A stretch of 63,936 bases of DNA from Eledone cirrhosa (lineage: Eukaryota): positions 1 through 63,936 of the forward strand of contig CAXHJY010001282.1 in assembly GCA_964016885.1 (NCBI GenBank). Direction: 5' to 3'. Under the pieces are notes generated by a model. The model made no database searches. It had not been told where the DNA came from and saw only the letters and a program-made list of their open reading frames with translations. A program made the translations under genes and the position numbers. Positions 1 through 14,553 of the stretch are shown piece by piece (the first letter of the stretch is position 1; each line of letters starts with the position of its first letter).

Positions 1-66
1 TGTGCAACCATGTAGTATTTTCTTTTTTCGTATATATATATACGTATATATATATATATATATACG

Positions 67-127
<61 letters not shown>

Positions 128-320
128 ATATACGTATATATATATACATGTAACCCATGTGCAACCATGTAGTATTTTCTTTTTTCGTATATATATATAC
201 GTATATATATATATACGTATATAAATGAGAGCTATAGAGAATTTTTTAGCAAGAAGCTAACGGCATTCTATAACATATATGCGACTATAACGTCAAGATG
301 GGAAAAGTAGTTAACGAAAG

Positions 321-354
<34 letters not shown>

Positions 355-359
355 GTATA

Positions 360-416
<57 letters not shown>

Positions 417-603
417 GATAAATCTACCAAGAGTTTACGGTAGTGTCCAATCCGTATGAAGAACTCAATGTATTCCGGATATCATGGAAAGAAGAGATGT
501 AATGAAAATCCACTTTCGGTGAAAGATAAACGGTATACAGAGTCAAGATAAAATATTAAACAAATAATGAACAAACAATTCCTTATATTAACAAAAAAAG
601 TTC

Positions 604-752
604 ACTATTTAACGATCGTTTCTAGGGCATATATGTGTTATAATTGGTATGCATATTTAACAGATCTATGTACAAAATTATACAAAATTATACAAATTAT
701 CAAGATTAAATATACATACCTAACTCATATATACGCCGTCTTCAGAAATAAT
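604..752 (-). ncRNA. Type I hammerhead ribozyme, long stem II (family A)
   Basis: Reverse-complement copy of the 751-899 motif. Confidence 0.75.
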
Positions 753-899
753 TATTTCTGAAGACGGCGTATATATGAGTTAGGTATGTATATTTAATCT
801 TGATAATTTGTATAATTTTGTATAATTTTGTACATAGATCTGTTAAATATGCATACCAATTATAACACATATATGCCCTAGAAACGATCGTTAAATAGT
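751..899 (+). ncRNA. Type I hammerhead ribozyme, long stem II (family A)
   Basis: attattt-CTGAAGA-[116 nt including ggtatgtatatttaa/ttaaatatgcatacc helix]-GAAAC GATC GTT-aaatagt; stem I pairs; stem III is the palindrome AACGATCGTT. Confidence 0.75.
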
Positions 900-1067
900 G
901 AACTTTTTTTGTTTAATATAAGGAATTGTTTGTTCATTATTTGTTTAATATTTTATATATATATATATATATATATACGTATATATAAATATATATACGT
1001 ATATATATATATATATACGTATATATATATATATATACGTATATATATATATATATATATACGTATA

Positions 1068-1101
<34 letters not shown>

Positions 1102-1196
1102 CGTATATATATATACGTATATATATATATATATACGTATATATATATACGTATATATATATATATATATACGTATATATATATATATATATATAC

Positions 1197-1228
<32 letters not shown>

Positions 1229-1289
1229 GTATATATATATATATATATATATATACGTATATATATATATATATATATATATATACGTA

Positions 1290-1389
<100 letters not shown>

Positions 1390-1506
1390 AACGCTTGAAT
1401 ATGTGTAATAAGGCCAAGACAATGCAGGTATGGACATAGAAAAAAGAATGCAATAGTGAAAGATATTGATGTGAATTCGTCTTTCACCTTGAATTTATTT
1501 AAATGT

Positions 1507-1541
1507 CCTTAATTTTCGAGATAATATCTCTTCTTCGGAGG
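1507..1541 (-). ncRNA. Minimal HHR-like motif with CCGAAGA core (family B)
   Basis: cct-CCGAAGA-a gagat att atctc-GAAAATTA-agg. Confidence 0.55.
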
Positions 1542-2491
1542 GAAGTAAAGGTCTCAAACCAGCGTCTTTAAATCTCTAGCCAAGCCATGCTGACCGGAAA
1601 TAGTATAGAGTATCTGTTCTAACTGTAATATCAAAGAATTAAAATTAGGTGGATAAAGAGTAGTCTCCCTTTTAGAGGGGTTTGTTTAGGGTTTTTTTTT
1701 GTTTTTTTTTAATTTTATATACGTGCCTGTATATGTGTGTGGGAGAATGCATGAAGGTGTAGGTATGTGGGTGTGTGTGTGTGAGTGTGAGAAGATAGGT
1801 CTAATCGTAAAAGTGGGGGGGTAGGTGTTATCTGGTGTTAGAACTGGTTTTGTGTGTGTATGTGTGAGAGAGAATAAGTGGAGGTGTAAGCATGTGTGTG
1901 TGCGCGTGCGTGTGTGTGGGGTGTGTAAAAATGGGGCTAGAGGCCCTATCAGGTTATAAATTGGGTGTTGAGCTCTAGTCTATTATTGATTGGTGGATGT
2001 GTTCTATCTATAATAAGTGCTTCCTTAATTCTAAGATTGCCGAGGTTTCTTTCCTTAGTTTCTATCCTAACTGTTATGTTTTTATCGGTGTTTTTGCATT
2101 TAACTAGGTGTTTCTTAAATGAGGAAGCGTTAGTATTGAGGTGTTCTTTCATTCTTATGTGGAGTGGTCTGGTGGTGCTACCTAGGTAGAAGTTGTTGCA
2201 TTTGTCACACTCTAGTCTGTATACTACGTAAGCCTGGTGGCATAGGTCTGTGTCGTTGATGGGGCAGTTGGCTAGTCTGCAGCAGTTGTCATGTCTGGTG
2301 GAGTGTCTCTTAGCCAGCCGTCCGCGCAGAGAAGGGCCCGAGTGCCGAGAAGCCCCTCTTAAAGGAAGACTACTCTTTATCCACCTAATTTTAATTCTTT
2401 GATATTACAGTTAGAACAGATACTCTATACTATTTCCGGTCAGCATGGCTTGGCTAGAGATTTAAAGACGCTGGTTTGAGACCTTTACTTC

Positions 2492-2526
2492 CCTCCGAAG
2501 AAGAGATATTATCTCGAAAATTAAGG
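2492..2526 (+). ncRNA. Minimal HHR-like motif with CCGAAGA core (family B, inverted copy)
   Basis: Same motif as 1507-1541. Confidence 0.55.
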
Positions 2527-2870
2527 ACATTTAAATAAATTCAAGGTGAAAGACGAATTCACATCAATATCTTTCACTATTGCATCTTTTTTCTATGTCC
2601 ATACCTGCATTGTCTTGGCCTTATTACACATATTCAAACGTTTATACCTCATTACACAATGCTTCAAGTGAACTATAACCTCCTCCATATATATATACGT
2701 ATATATATATATATATATATACGTATATATATACGTATATATATATATACGTATATATATATATATATATATACGTATATATATATATATATATATATAT
2801 ATACGTATATACGTGATATATATATATATATATTTTTTTTTTTAAATTACGTATATATATATATATATAC

Positions 2871-2935
<65 letters not shown>

Positions 2936-3117
2936 ATATATATATACGTATATATATATATATATATATATACGTATATATATACGTATATATATATATA
3001 CGTATATATATATATATATATATACGTATATATATATATATATATATATATACGTATATACGTGATATATATATATATATATTTTTTTTTAAATTACGTA
3101 TATATATATATATATAC

Positions 3118-3200
<83 letters not shown>

Positions 3201-3201
3201 C

Positions 3202-3231
<30 letters not shown>

Positions 3232-3235
<4 letters not shown>

Positions 3236-3381
3236 AAAAAGGGATGAAATCGAAAATGCAACTGAAGTCTATTTTTTTAAAAAATATATATATTTATTTG
3301 GTTCCAAGGAACCAAATAAATATATATATTTTTAAAAAAATAAGACTTCAGTTGCATTTTCGATTGCATCCCTTTTTCTTT
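3232..3381. repeat. About 150-bp fold-back palindrome
   Basis: Near-perfect arms around ggttcc-aa-ggaacc. Confidence 0.85.
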
Positions 3382-3455
3382 ATACTTCCACTCGTGTAGG
3401 ACACCTCGGTTATTTTTCATTTTGTAAAAAAACCTCACTTTCTAATATATATATA

Positions 3456-3488
<33 letters not shown>

Positions 3489-3509
3489 CGTATATATATA
3501 TATATATAC

Positions 3510-3575
<66 letters not shown>

Positions 3576-3576
3576 G

Positions 3577-3722
<146 letters not shown>

Positions 3723-3799
3723 GTATATATATGTACGTATATATATATATATGTATATATATATGTATATATATACGTTTCGTTTCTGAATTTGTTTAG

Positions 3800-4660
3800 T
3801 AAGATTTTTTTTCTGAAACCGTGTGTTGAAACAGATATTGTTATACGTTGGGAGGGTCATATTGCCAATAAAAACACACGCACCAGTTGCTTTCACTTCA
3901 ATTTATTATAATAAATTTATAATAAATTTATAAATTTATAAATTTCTGGCTGGTTGGCTGGTTCCACAACCAGATAGTTGTTTATATATTGTCATAGTTC
4001 TTTCGTCACACACTCTGTGACCTCTTCAGTGACTGGGGATTCCTTTCTTTGTTTCTGTGCCTCTCCTTTGTTCTGTCCTACGCCATTTTGTTTCTGTGTG
4101 TGTGTTGTGTGCTCAGTCTGCGCATGCGCCACATCCGGGTGTCTGTGTGTATTTATGTTCATTTATTTATTTGTTTATTTACATGTTACTGGTTGGTTGT
4201 TTGTTCTATGTGTGTGTGTGTTTTCATTTTGTCCTTAATTGTAAGTTGTGATGTTGCTGTTCCACTCATATTTTCTATTTAATTTTGGTTGTACTTCTTT
4301 TATCTTTATTGCCTCTGTAATCATGAGCGTCATGTATAGATAAGAAATGTATAACCTGTAAAATAAGCCCCCATATTAACTGTTAAACTAGAAATGTAGT
4401 GTATAGCATAAGATGTACCGAAGGACAATGTAGAGACAAAAATATAGTGTACATAGGTGAGACAGCTCGTAGTGTAGGGGAACGGATAAATGAACACTGG
4501 CGAGACCTTCAAGATAGTAAAGAATCATCTGTACTCTACCAACATGCTAAAATAGAACACAAGGGTAAATTAGAGAACATAGAAATAAAAATAGAATCTA
4601 CACACAGAAAAGACGCAATGTTTAGACAAATTACAGAGGCAATAAACATAAAAGAAGTTT
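3800..4660 (-). mobile_element. 3' fragment of the Neptune-type PLE family at 47024-50098, with 5' inversion
   Basis: About 3835-4321 is the reverse complement of about 49615-50098; 4333-4657 is a plus-strand copy of about 49320-49643 (VYSIRC...YIGETARS). Confidence 0.88.
3991..4033 (-). ncRNA. Minimal type I HHR (family C)
   Basis: gtca-CTGAAGA-g gtcac agagtgt gtgac-GAAA GAAC TA-tgac. Confidence 0.8.
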
Positions 4661-4960
4661 GAGAAAGGGTGTGGGTGGAGCGGGGAGAGAAGGGTGTGGG
4701 GTTCGATGGAGGGAGTGTGGTGTACTGGTGTGTGTGTTGTTTGATGAAGGGGGTGTTAGTGGGTGTTAGTATGCAGGAGGTGGAGAAAGGGTGGAATGCG
4801 GGTGTGAGTGGGGGTCAGTGGTGGTAGGGTGTGTAGAGTTGGTGGTGTAAGAGGGTGTGTGTGTACGTGTGCGTGTGGTTGGGGGGGGGGGAGTGTTACT
4901 GATGTTAGTTACGTGTAGGGTGGGTGGTGTAAGTGGGTGCGTGTGTTCGTGTGCTTGGGG
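4660..4960 (-). mobile_element. GT-rich 3' UTR fragment of the PLE family at 59410-60400
   Basis: Aligns by eye to about 59790-60070. Confidence 0.65.
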
Positions 4961-5155
4961 TCAGGGGGTGTTAGTGATTTCGTTGAAATCTGCGGTGCTC
5001 ATGGTCAACTTCCTTCGGACATGCGCTTGCGCAGACCGGTGGGGGTGAATTGGTACTCACAAGGGAACGGATCAAAAACACAAAAGCACGAACTTCATCC
5101 GTTCCCATGTCGATTCAATTTAGATTGCCTCGGAAACAACCTTATTATGGAACAA

Positions 5156-5229
5156 GCTGTCTGATGATGACACGACACTCGCACACAGAACAGTGTGGCC
5201 AGTGTCGTCATTGAAATATATATCACAGC
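5156..5229 (+). ncRNA. HHR-like motif, extended stem II (family D)
   Basis: gctgt-CTGATGA-[acgacact/agtgtcgt hairpin, 45 nt]-GAAA TATATA TC-acagc; base of stem II imperfect. Confidence 0.65.
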
Positions 5230-5374
5230 ATTATTATTAAAGGACTTGAACATCTGAAACTACTTCGCTTTTCCTTATTCGATATTTACTCCGTCACTCC
5301 TATGTGGAAAAAGTACGTTGAGTGCTTGAATTGAATTGCATCAATGTTTACCCTAATAATATATATATATATAT

Positions 5375-5406
<32 letters not shown>

Positions 5407-5601
5407 ATATATTATATATATATATATATATTATAATATATTTAGAAATACACAGATACATGCGGACACACACATATATACATGAATGCATCCGCACCCA
5501 ACTGTGAGTTAAGGGTGCCAACTTCACCGATGTTGCTCAATGAATGACTGGGACAGACCAATTCAGTTGAACTAGACTGAACCAGTATCAGAGTTAAAAA
5601 T

Positions 5602-5736
5602 ACATTATGAAGAGAGAAGAAACATTTAGATATAATTAGTAATAAAATGTATCATACCTGAGGAATTTAGGAGCAGTTTAGGTATGATACATTTTATTAC
5701 TAATTATATCAAAATGTTTCTTCTCTCTTCATAATG

Positions 5737-5737
<1 letters not shown>
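5602..5737. repeat. Hairpin element, about 58-bp arms and 20-nt loop (copy 1)
   Basis: acattatgaagag...catacct / aggtatg...cttcataatgt. Confidence 0.85.
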
Positions 5738-5789
<52 letters not shown>

Positions 5790-5799
5790 ATATATATAC

Positions 5800-5861
<62 letters not shown>

Positions 5862-5874
5862 GTATATATATATA

Positions 5875-5930
<56 letters not shown>

Positions 5931-6195
5931 GTATATATAAAATATATATATACGTATATATATATATATATATATATATATACGTATATATATATATACG
6001 TATATATATATATATATATATACGTATATATATATATATATATATATTCGTATATATATATATATATACGTATATATATATATATATATATACGTATATA
6101 TATATATATATATACGTATATATATATATATACGTATATAAATATATATATATATATATATATACGTATATATATATACGTATATATATATATAC

Positions 6196-6255
<60 letters not shown>

Positions 6256-6304
6256 GTATATATATATATATATATAGTATATATATATATATATATATAT
6301 ATAT

Positions 6305-6440
6305 AACATTATGAAGAGAGAAGAAACATTTAGATATAATTAGTAATAAAATGTATCATACCTGAGGAATTTAGGAGCAGTTTAGGTATGATACATTTTA
6401 TTACTAATTATATCTAAATGTTTCTTCTCTCTTCATAATG

Positions 6441-6442
<2 letters not shown>
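6305..6442. repeat. Hairpin element (copy 2), embedded in (TA)n
   Basis: Near-identical to 5602-5737. Confidence 0.85.
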
Positions 6443-6485
<43 letters not shown>

Positions 6486-6497
6486 ATATATATATAC

Positions 6498-6585
<88 letters not shown>

Positions 6586-6682
6586 GTATATATATATATA
6601 TACGTATATATATATATATATACGTATATATATATATATATATATATATACGTATATATATATATACGTATATATATATACG

Positions 6683-6714
<32 letters not shown>

Positions 6715-6726
6715 CGTATATATATA

Positions 6727-6808
<82 letters not shown>

Positions 6809-6845
6809 GTATATATATCTATATATATATATCTATATATATATA

Positions 6846-6887
<42 letters not shown>

Positions 6888-7093
6888 GTATATATAAAAT
6901 ATATATATACGTATATATATATATATATATATATATATACGTATATATATATATACGTATATATATATATATATATATACGTATATATATATATATATAT
7001 ATATTCGTATATATATATATATATATACGTATATATATATATATATATATACGTATATATATATATATATATACGTATATATATATATATACG

Positions 7094-7129
<36 letters not shown>

Positions 7130-7302
7130 CGTATATATATATACGTATATATATATATACGTATATATATATATATATATATATATATACGTATATATAT
7201 ATATATACGTATATATATATATATACGTATATATATATATATATACGTATATATATATATATATACGTATATATATATATATATACGTATATATATATAT
7301 AC

Positions 7303-7334
<32 letters not shown>

Positions 7335-7361
7335 GTATATATATATATATACCTATTAACC

Positions 7362-7404
<43 letters not shown>

Positions 7405-7575
7405 GTATATATATATATATATATATATATACGTATATATATATATATATATATATATATACGTATATATATATATATATATACGTATATATATATATAT
7501 ATACGTATATATATATACGTATATATATATATATATATATATATACGTATATATATATATATATACCTATTAACC

Positions 7576-7614
<39 letters not shown>

Positions 7615-7632
7615 GTATATATATATACATAC

Positions 7633-7712
<80 letters not shown>

Positions 7713-7748
7713 GTATATATATATATATACGTATATATATATATATAC

Positions 7749-7780
<32 letters not shown>

Positions 7781-7850
7781 GTATATATATATATACGTAT
7801 ATATATATATATACGTATATATATATATATATATACGTATATATATATAC

Positions 7851-7882
<32 letters not shown>

Positions 7883-7897
7883 GTATATATATATATA

Positions 7898-7930
<33 letters not shown>

Positions 7931-8002
7931 GTATATATATATATATATACGTATATATATATATATACGTATATATATATATACGTATATATATATATAT
8001 AC

Positions 8003-8054
<52 letters not shown>

Positions 8055-8106
8055 GTATATATATATATATACGTATATATATATATATATATATATATAC
8101 GTATAC

Positions 8107-8143
<37 letters not shown>

Positions 8144-8151
8144 CGTATATA

Positions 8152-8237
<86 letters not shown>

Positions 8238-8282
8238 GCGAGTAAAACAAAGAATCCTTTAATACATCAAAAGTTTTTATTA

Positions 8283-8320
8283 GCCGACAATGTTTCGTCC
8301 TATTAAGGACTCATCAGGGC
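8283..8320 (-). ncRNA. Canonical minimal type I HHR (family E) in an orphan insert (about 8234-8760)
   Basis: gcc-CTGATGA-gtcc ttaata ggac-GAAAC ATT GTC-ggc. Confidence 0.88.
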
Positions 8321-8650
8321 AATCAAAACAACAAGAGGTAATTTCGGCAGATACAAGCCAGAAACTCTGAAGAATATGGAGTTTACATACACAAATGTCT
8401 TACAAAGATATACGATAATAAAAATGAAGATAAAAATAATAAAATTATAATAACTAAGGATGAAGATAACATTAAGAACCATATTACAAATATAGTCCAA
8501 AGTCACCAACTTAAATCTAAACAAATTTGGTTATATAGAGCAGGAATTATATATAACACAGTATAATACATTATAATAATAATATATCTATACCAACACT
8601 GAAATTCGAAATCAAAAATCAAAAGGTACAATATATACATGTATATATGT

Positions 8651-8694
<44 letters not shown>

Positions 8695-8756
8695 TACAAT
8701 ACACATATCTATTTTCTATTACACAGAAATTAAGCCCTATTGGAAGTTTGAACATC

Positions 8757-8797
<41 letters not shown>

Positions 8798-8822
8798 GTA
8801 TATATATATATATAAATATACC

Positions 8823-8874
<52 letters not shown>

Positions 8875-8900
8875 GTCTATATATATATATATATATATAC

Positions 8901-8978
<78 letters not shown>

Positions 8979-9305
8979 TACGTATATATATATATATTTA
9001 TACGTATATATATATATATATATACGTATATATATATATATATATACGTATATATATATATATACGTATATATATATATATATATATATATACGTATATA
9101 TATATATATATATACCTATATATATATATATATAGAAGCTTATAAAAATATATACATAAATATATATATACGTATATATATATATATATATACGTATATA
9201 TATATATATATATATACGTATAAATATATATATATACGTATATATATATATATATATACGTATATATATATATATATACGTATATATATATATATATATA
9301 TAGAC

Positions 9306-9473
<168 letters not shown>

Positions 9474-9474
9474 G

Positions 9475-9525
<51 letters not shown>

Positions 9526-9560
9526 GTATATATATATATACGATATATATATATATATAC

Positions 9561-9606
<46 letters not shown>

Positions 9607-9610
<4 letters not shown>

Positions 9611-10474
9611 ATGAGAAGAAAGAAGAATACTGCGTGGTTGCACATGGGTTACATATGATAAAACTAGTCCTTTGTCAGTGATTTTCCAACCATCATTGGT
9701 ATTTCATCACATTAAAATTCATATACCTCAGGTTGGTGCGAGCAATAACTAAAAATAGTTATTGGGACCAGTAAATCGCGTAAAGCGAGGGGGACAAGTG
9801 AACTCCATAGAAGGATAAAAGCAAACCAAAGAAAAGAAAAAAACAAGCAACATGGTTGTCCTGGTCAGCATAAGCTGGGTGGATTTCATGTGCGAAAGGT
9901 ACAGACGTCCGACGTGAGTGAGATGTAAGCAAGAAGAGACCCACTGTAAGCCAAACGGGAGGAAGTGAGAAGGGGAGAAACAGTGACTGAGTGAGTGGAA
10001 GTGCGAGGAAGCGGTCAGTCGAGAGAAAGTGTAACTGACAGAGGGGGCGAAAGAAGGTGAGAGAAGCAGAGAGAACGGGGAAGCAGTAAGAGAGAAACAG
10101 ACAAACGCAGCCGAGGTAAATATATATAAAAAACATGAGACGAAAGAAAAATACTGCGTGGTTGCACATGGGTTACATATGATAAAAATAGTCCTTCGTC
10201 TGTGATTTTCCAACCATCATTGGTATTTCATCGCATTAAAAATCATATACCTCAGGTTGGTGCGAGCAATAACTAAAAAAAGTTATTGGGACCAGTAAAT
10301 CGCGTAAAACGAGGGGGACAAGTGAACAACATAGAAGGATAAAAGCAAACCAAAGAAAGGAAAAAAACAAGCAACATGGTTGTCCTGGTCAGCATAAACT
10401 GGGTGGATTTCATGAGCAAAAGGTGCAGACATCCGATGTGAGTGAGATGTAAGCAAGAAGAGACCCACTGTAGG
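9607..10474. repeat. Partial tandem (about 525-bp unit, about 1.6 copies) of a non-coding repeat family
   Basis: 9607-9950 repeats at 10132-10474; relatives at 60470-61071 and fragments at 1-30 and 149-187. Confidence 0.8.
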
Positions 10475-11499
10475 CCATTTACCCTATACCCAACCCATGC
10501 AGGGTTCCATATAGGGTAAATGATTCCGCAAGTGCGATCTCCCGCCACATGAGCCAATGAGCTTGAATAATATGCTGAATAACACACCTCCACCAATCAA
10601 ACAACTATCTTAAAAGCTCATTGGCCCATGTGGCGGGAGATCGCACTTGCGAACTCATTTACCCTATACCCAACCCTGCATAGAGCCCTTTTCCGGCCCA
10701 CACTGCAGTTGCTTGCACGCACGGATTTGGTGATTCTGATTCTCAACTGGACAGCGGTACACAAGGAGTTCGACATGAGCTGATTGCTTGCTCTTCACAT
10801 GGATGTGTATATACCCGGACATCCCCCCCCCCTTTTTGGACGATTCGGATGTGTGTATACCTTTTATCATAACACACACTTGAAGATATTGATGTTACAA
10901 TTGGATCTTTACACGTACAACAGAACACTGAACTGAACTTACTTGCGCGCACGCGCTTGTGTCTGTGTGTATGTGTGTGTAGCGTTGGTTAACCTAATAT
11001 TTCCGATTTACATGGTCAAATTGAGATTTGACCGACATAATTTCTGTTGCTTTATGAACTGACTTTTCGGTGATTGCTGTGTTGGTACATTCTTATATGT
11101 GCTTCTTTTTCTCGGATATCGCTTCCGTGTGTGTTAGAGTGTGTGTGTGCCCACCCACGCTAATTCTGCGGTTTAATACTGTGTTTATGTGTGTATATAT
11201 ATGTATTTATTTTTATGTTTATTTTTATTTTTCTTTGACCTCCAGCCGATGTATGCGGGTGTGGCGTGTGTGTGTACCCACTCACTTCTAACTGTGACTG
11301 ACTGCATCCCTACGGATTTGTTCGATGTCCAGCGTCTTTTGCAGCGATAGAAGTCTGAAAACTTTTATGACCTCAGTTTAAGCTAATAGCAGTCGCCTTA
11401 TCTCTGACTGACTGGTGTGTCTTCATATGAGGGAATGAATTATGTGAGGAAACATCGTTTTTTTCTCCCTCATATCAAGAATTTGAAGACAATTCATTT

Positions 11500-11574
11500 T
11501 CACCTGATGAGATCAGTGATAATCGATCGTGGCTTCACAATCGATCTATCTCTTATTGAAACATGTGTCGTTGA
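11500..11574 (+). ncRNA. HHR, extended stem II (family F)
   Basis: tcac-CTGATGA-[47-nt hairpin atcgat..gtg gctt cac..atcgat]-GAAAC ATGT GTC-gttga. Confidence 0.7.
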
Positions 11575-11808
11575 TTAAATGATTGGAATTTTACCTTGCC
11601 TTCGGATTTTCATTTTGATACTTATACTCCGTTTTACATCATCTAGCTGTTCCCTCGAATGGAATTGGAGATATACAAAAGCGTGGAGAACTTAATATTG
11701 CTAACATAAAGTTATTGGACCATTTTACACAACCAATATTGCACCTTATTATATAACAACTTAAAGCTCCTATTTTTGTTGAGCACTTAATGCTGTTAAG
11801 CAAGGAAT

Positions 11809-14553
11809 ATGATGGAGAAATTCTCAGTGAACTCTTCATTTAAGGACATCCCTTTGCCTGACATAAAAGAATTCACTAGGTTGGCCATAGGTAAATCGGA
11901 TTCTTTTATCCGTAGAATGCGTTGGAAGGCCTTCCACTTCGACAGAGGAACACCAGCAAACCACCCCAGGGAGGGAACGCGCGGCGTCGAGGGAATATTC
12001 AAGTCGAAAAGGAATCCACCACACAATAGACACTTGGAGGAATTCGAGACTGAAATGTCTAACATAGAGTCCAACCTTAAGTTTAGGAAAAACCCACTCA
12101 GGAGAAATAGTTACCTGAGACGACTGAATGGTGATCTAGTAAAATTGAAGAACTCGACCGGCATTTTGGTAAACGCAGACAAGACTAGCAACCTGTACGA
12201 TATGGATAGAGTAACTTATGATGATTTGATAACCAGAGAACTTAGGAAAAGCGACAGAAAAACTACGCGGGCCAACCTGGATTTAATTAACACGGAGGCC
12301 AATGGCGTCATGATTAAACTGGGTATTGAGGATAAAACCGAACCCTTCTATCCTAGAAAACCGAGGATTTTGCTGAAGGACCACAAATTGAACTTTGAAT
12401 CATTAAGACTTGTCAGGCTGATAGCCCCTTCAAAGTCGGACATAGGAATCGTAAGTAAAAACATCCTTGATAAGATAATCCCCACCCTAGTTAGGAGATC
12501 GAAGCTCAAGTTGTGGTCAGGAACTAGTGAGGTAATTAACTGGTTTGAGAAATCGCAGAATAAGAATAGCACTAAATTTATACAGTTCGATATCTCTAAT
12601 TACTACTCTTCAATCTCTCCAACTCTTCTAGGTAGGGCCCTTAACTTTGCTAGCTTACACACCGACCTTACATCCGAGGAAATTAGCATTATCCTCCTAG
12701 CTAGAAAAACCTTAATTGAATTCAACGGTGACCTGTGGACTAGGAGGGATTGGTCGGACAATTTCGACATCACCATGGGATCCTAGGACTCGGCCCAGGT
12801 GACGTATCTGGTGAGCCTTTATCTCCTTGACTGTCTCGGAGCTGAGATGCCCCACTTGGGAGGCGGCGCTTACCGCGACGACGTTTTGTTTACTGTGTCG
12901 TTCCATAGTAATAGTATGGTAGAGAGGGTGAGGAAAAAACTTAGCAAATTCTTCAAGAGCATAGACCTAAGTATAGTATTTGAAGAGATTTTTAAATAGT
13001 TAATTTTCTAGATGTTACACTTAACCTCAATTCAGGTCTCTTCCAACCTTACCACAAGCCTAATGAGAATCTAAACTATGTCAACGCTAAATCGAACCAC
13101 CCTAGAATAGTCACTAACGGTATTACCAAAAGCGTCTCTAGTAGAATTTCAGGACTTTCTTCCAATGTAGATACCCTTAATAAGATCTCGAATTACTATA
13201 ATAACGCCCTGGAACGCGCAGGACATAGCGAGGGAATCTCATTCGAACGTCCATTAAATAATTGTAGTAACTTTATTCGCGATAGCTTAGGCCTTTATGG
13301 TGACACTCTAGTTAACAGCAGGCGGGATACGAGGGAGGTTTCACATAGTCTTCTTGCTGTACTGCCGCCTAGTCCCAATGCTGTTGGTACTAATAGAAAC
13401 AGCCACCCAGGTACTAACACTGGGTCTGAGCAACGTAACGCCAGCGGAAACTATAGTAGTAACCTTAATTGTGGAACCGATAGAACTACCGTTGAACGCA
13501 GTATGGAACGTGGGTCGAGTAGGGGGAATTGGGACAGGTGTAGCAGACGCATAGCTGATACAACCTTAGCTATCGAGGGTAACCCCAATAGCCGCACGGG
13601 GGTTACACCGCCCTTGAGACTTGGGACGATTCCGAACACAATCATGACACCCCAAGACACCACCGACCCACAGGTAATTTCCAGTTACAATAGACTGGAT
13701 ACTACTAGGGTGGGTGGTAATTCTAATATAGTTAGTAGGAACAGGAGGCATCGGACCAGAAAAGTCATGTGGTTTAATCCCCCTTATTCCACTGGCCTGA
13801 CCACTAGTATAGCTAAGCTTTTCTTTAGGGCCTTAGACAATTGCTTCACCAGATCGCACAAAATATTCAATAGAAATACTATCAAGCTGTCCTACTCTAC
13901 AACTAGTAACATAGCTCAGAATATAGCTAAGATGAATTATAGTAGACTTAAGAAAGCCAATGAGGGATTTAGACATGGCAGGAACAATGGCAGCTCTATT
14001 GAGGAACTGACTCATACACGTGAGGCGAGTCGGGTCGTCCCTACCGCGGTGAATTTACCCATAGAGCAGACTGGAACCCCAAAGGTACCGTGGTCCATCC
14101 CGAACCACCCAGATCGATAGCAGAAAATGCAACTGCAGAAGCACCGCCACCTGTCCCTTGGCTGGGAAATGCCTTACCAAAAACATAGTCTACGACTGTA
14201 AGGTCTCCATTCCTGATAGAATTTTTAGGTATGTTGGGGCAACTGCTACGGAATTTAAGGATAGATGGTATAATCACCGCCATACCTTTAATAGATTAGA
14301 TAAGAAAAATAGCACGGCACTTTCGGAATTAGTCTGGAAGCTTAAACTTCAGAATATAGAGCACTCCTTATCCTGGTCCATAGTTTGTTCAGCCCAACCA
14401 TATGACGGCAGCACTGACGTCTGCAATTTATGTATAGCTGAAACTTTCAATATTATTAGAGGCGGCCCCCTATTAATTAATAGAAGAGCAGATTTTTTCA
14501 GCAACTGTCAACATAGAACCTCGAAAACCTTCCGCAGGATTTTTGGAAGGTAA
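11809..14553 (+). pseudogene. PLE RT + GIY-YIG polyprotein, disrupted
   Basis: QFDISNYYSSI, ITMGS*DS, GAYRDDVL, NFLDV, WFNPP, CNCRSTATCPLAGKC, IVYDC..YVGAT, CNLC; TAG at 12784 plus several frameshifts. Confidence 0.92.

Larger units (their letters stand above)
412..956. mobile_element. Solo pseudo-LTR fragment of the Naiad-like PLE family at 25573-33925, with a fold-back palindrome (arms about 548-751 and 752-956)
   Basis: 412-750 matches 25573-25921 and 31830-32180; near-perfect inverted repeat centred at 751/752. Confidence 0.85.
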
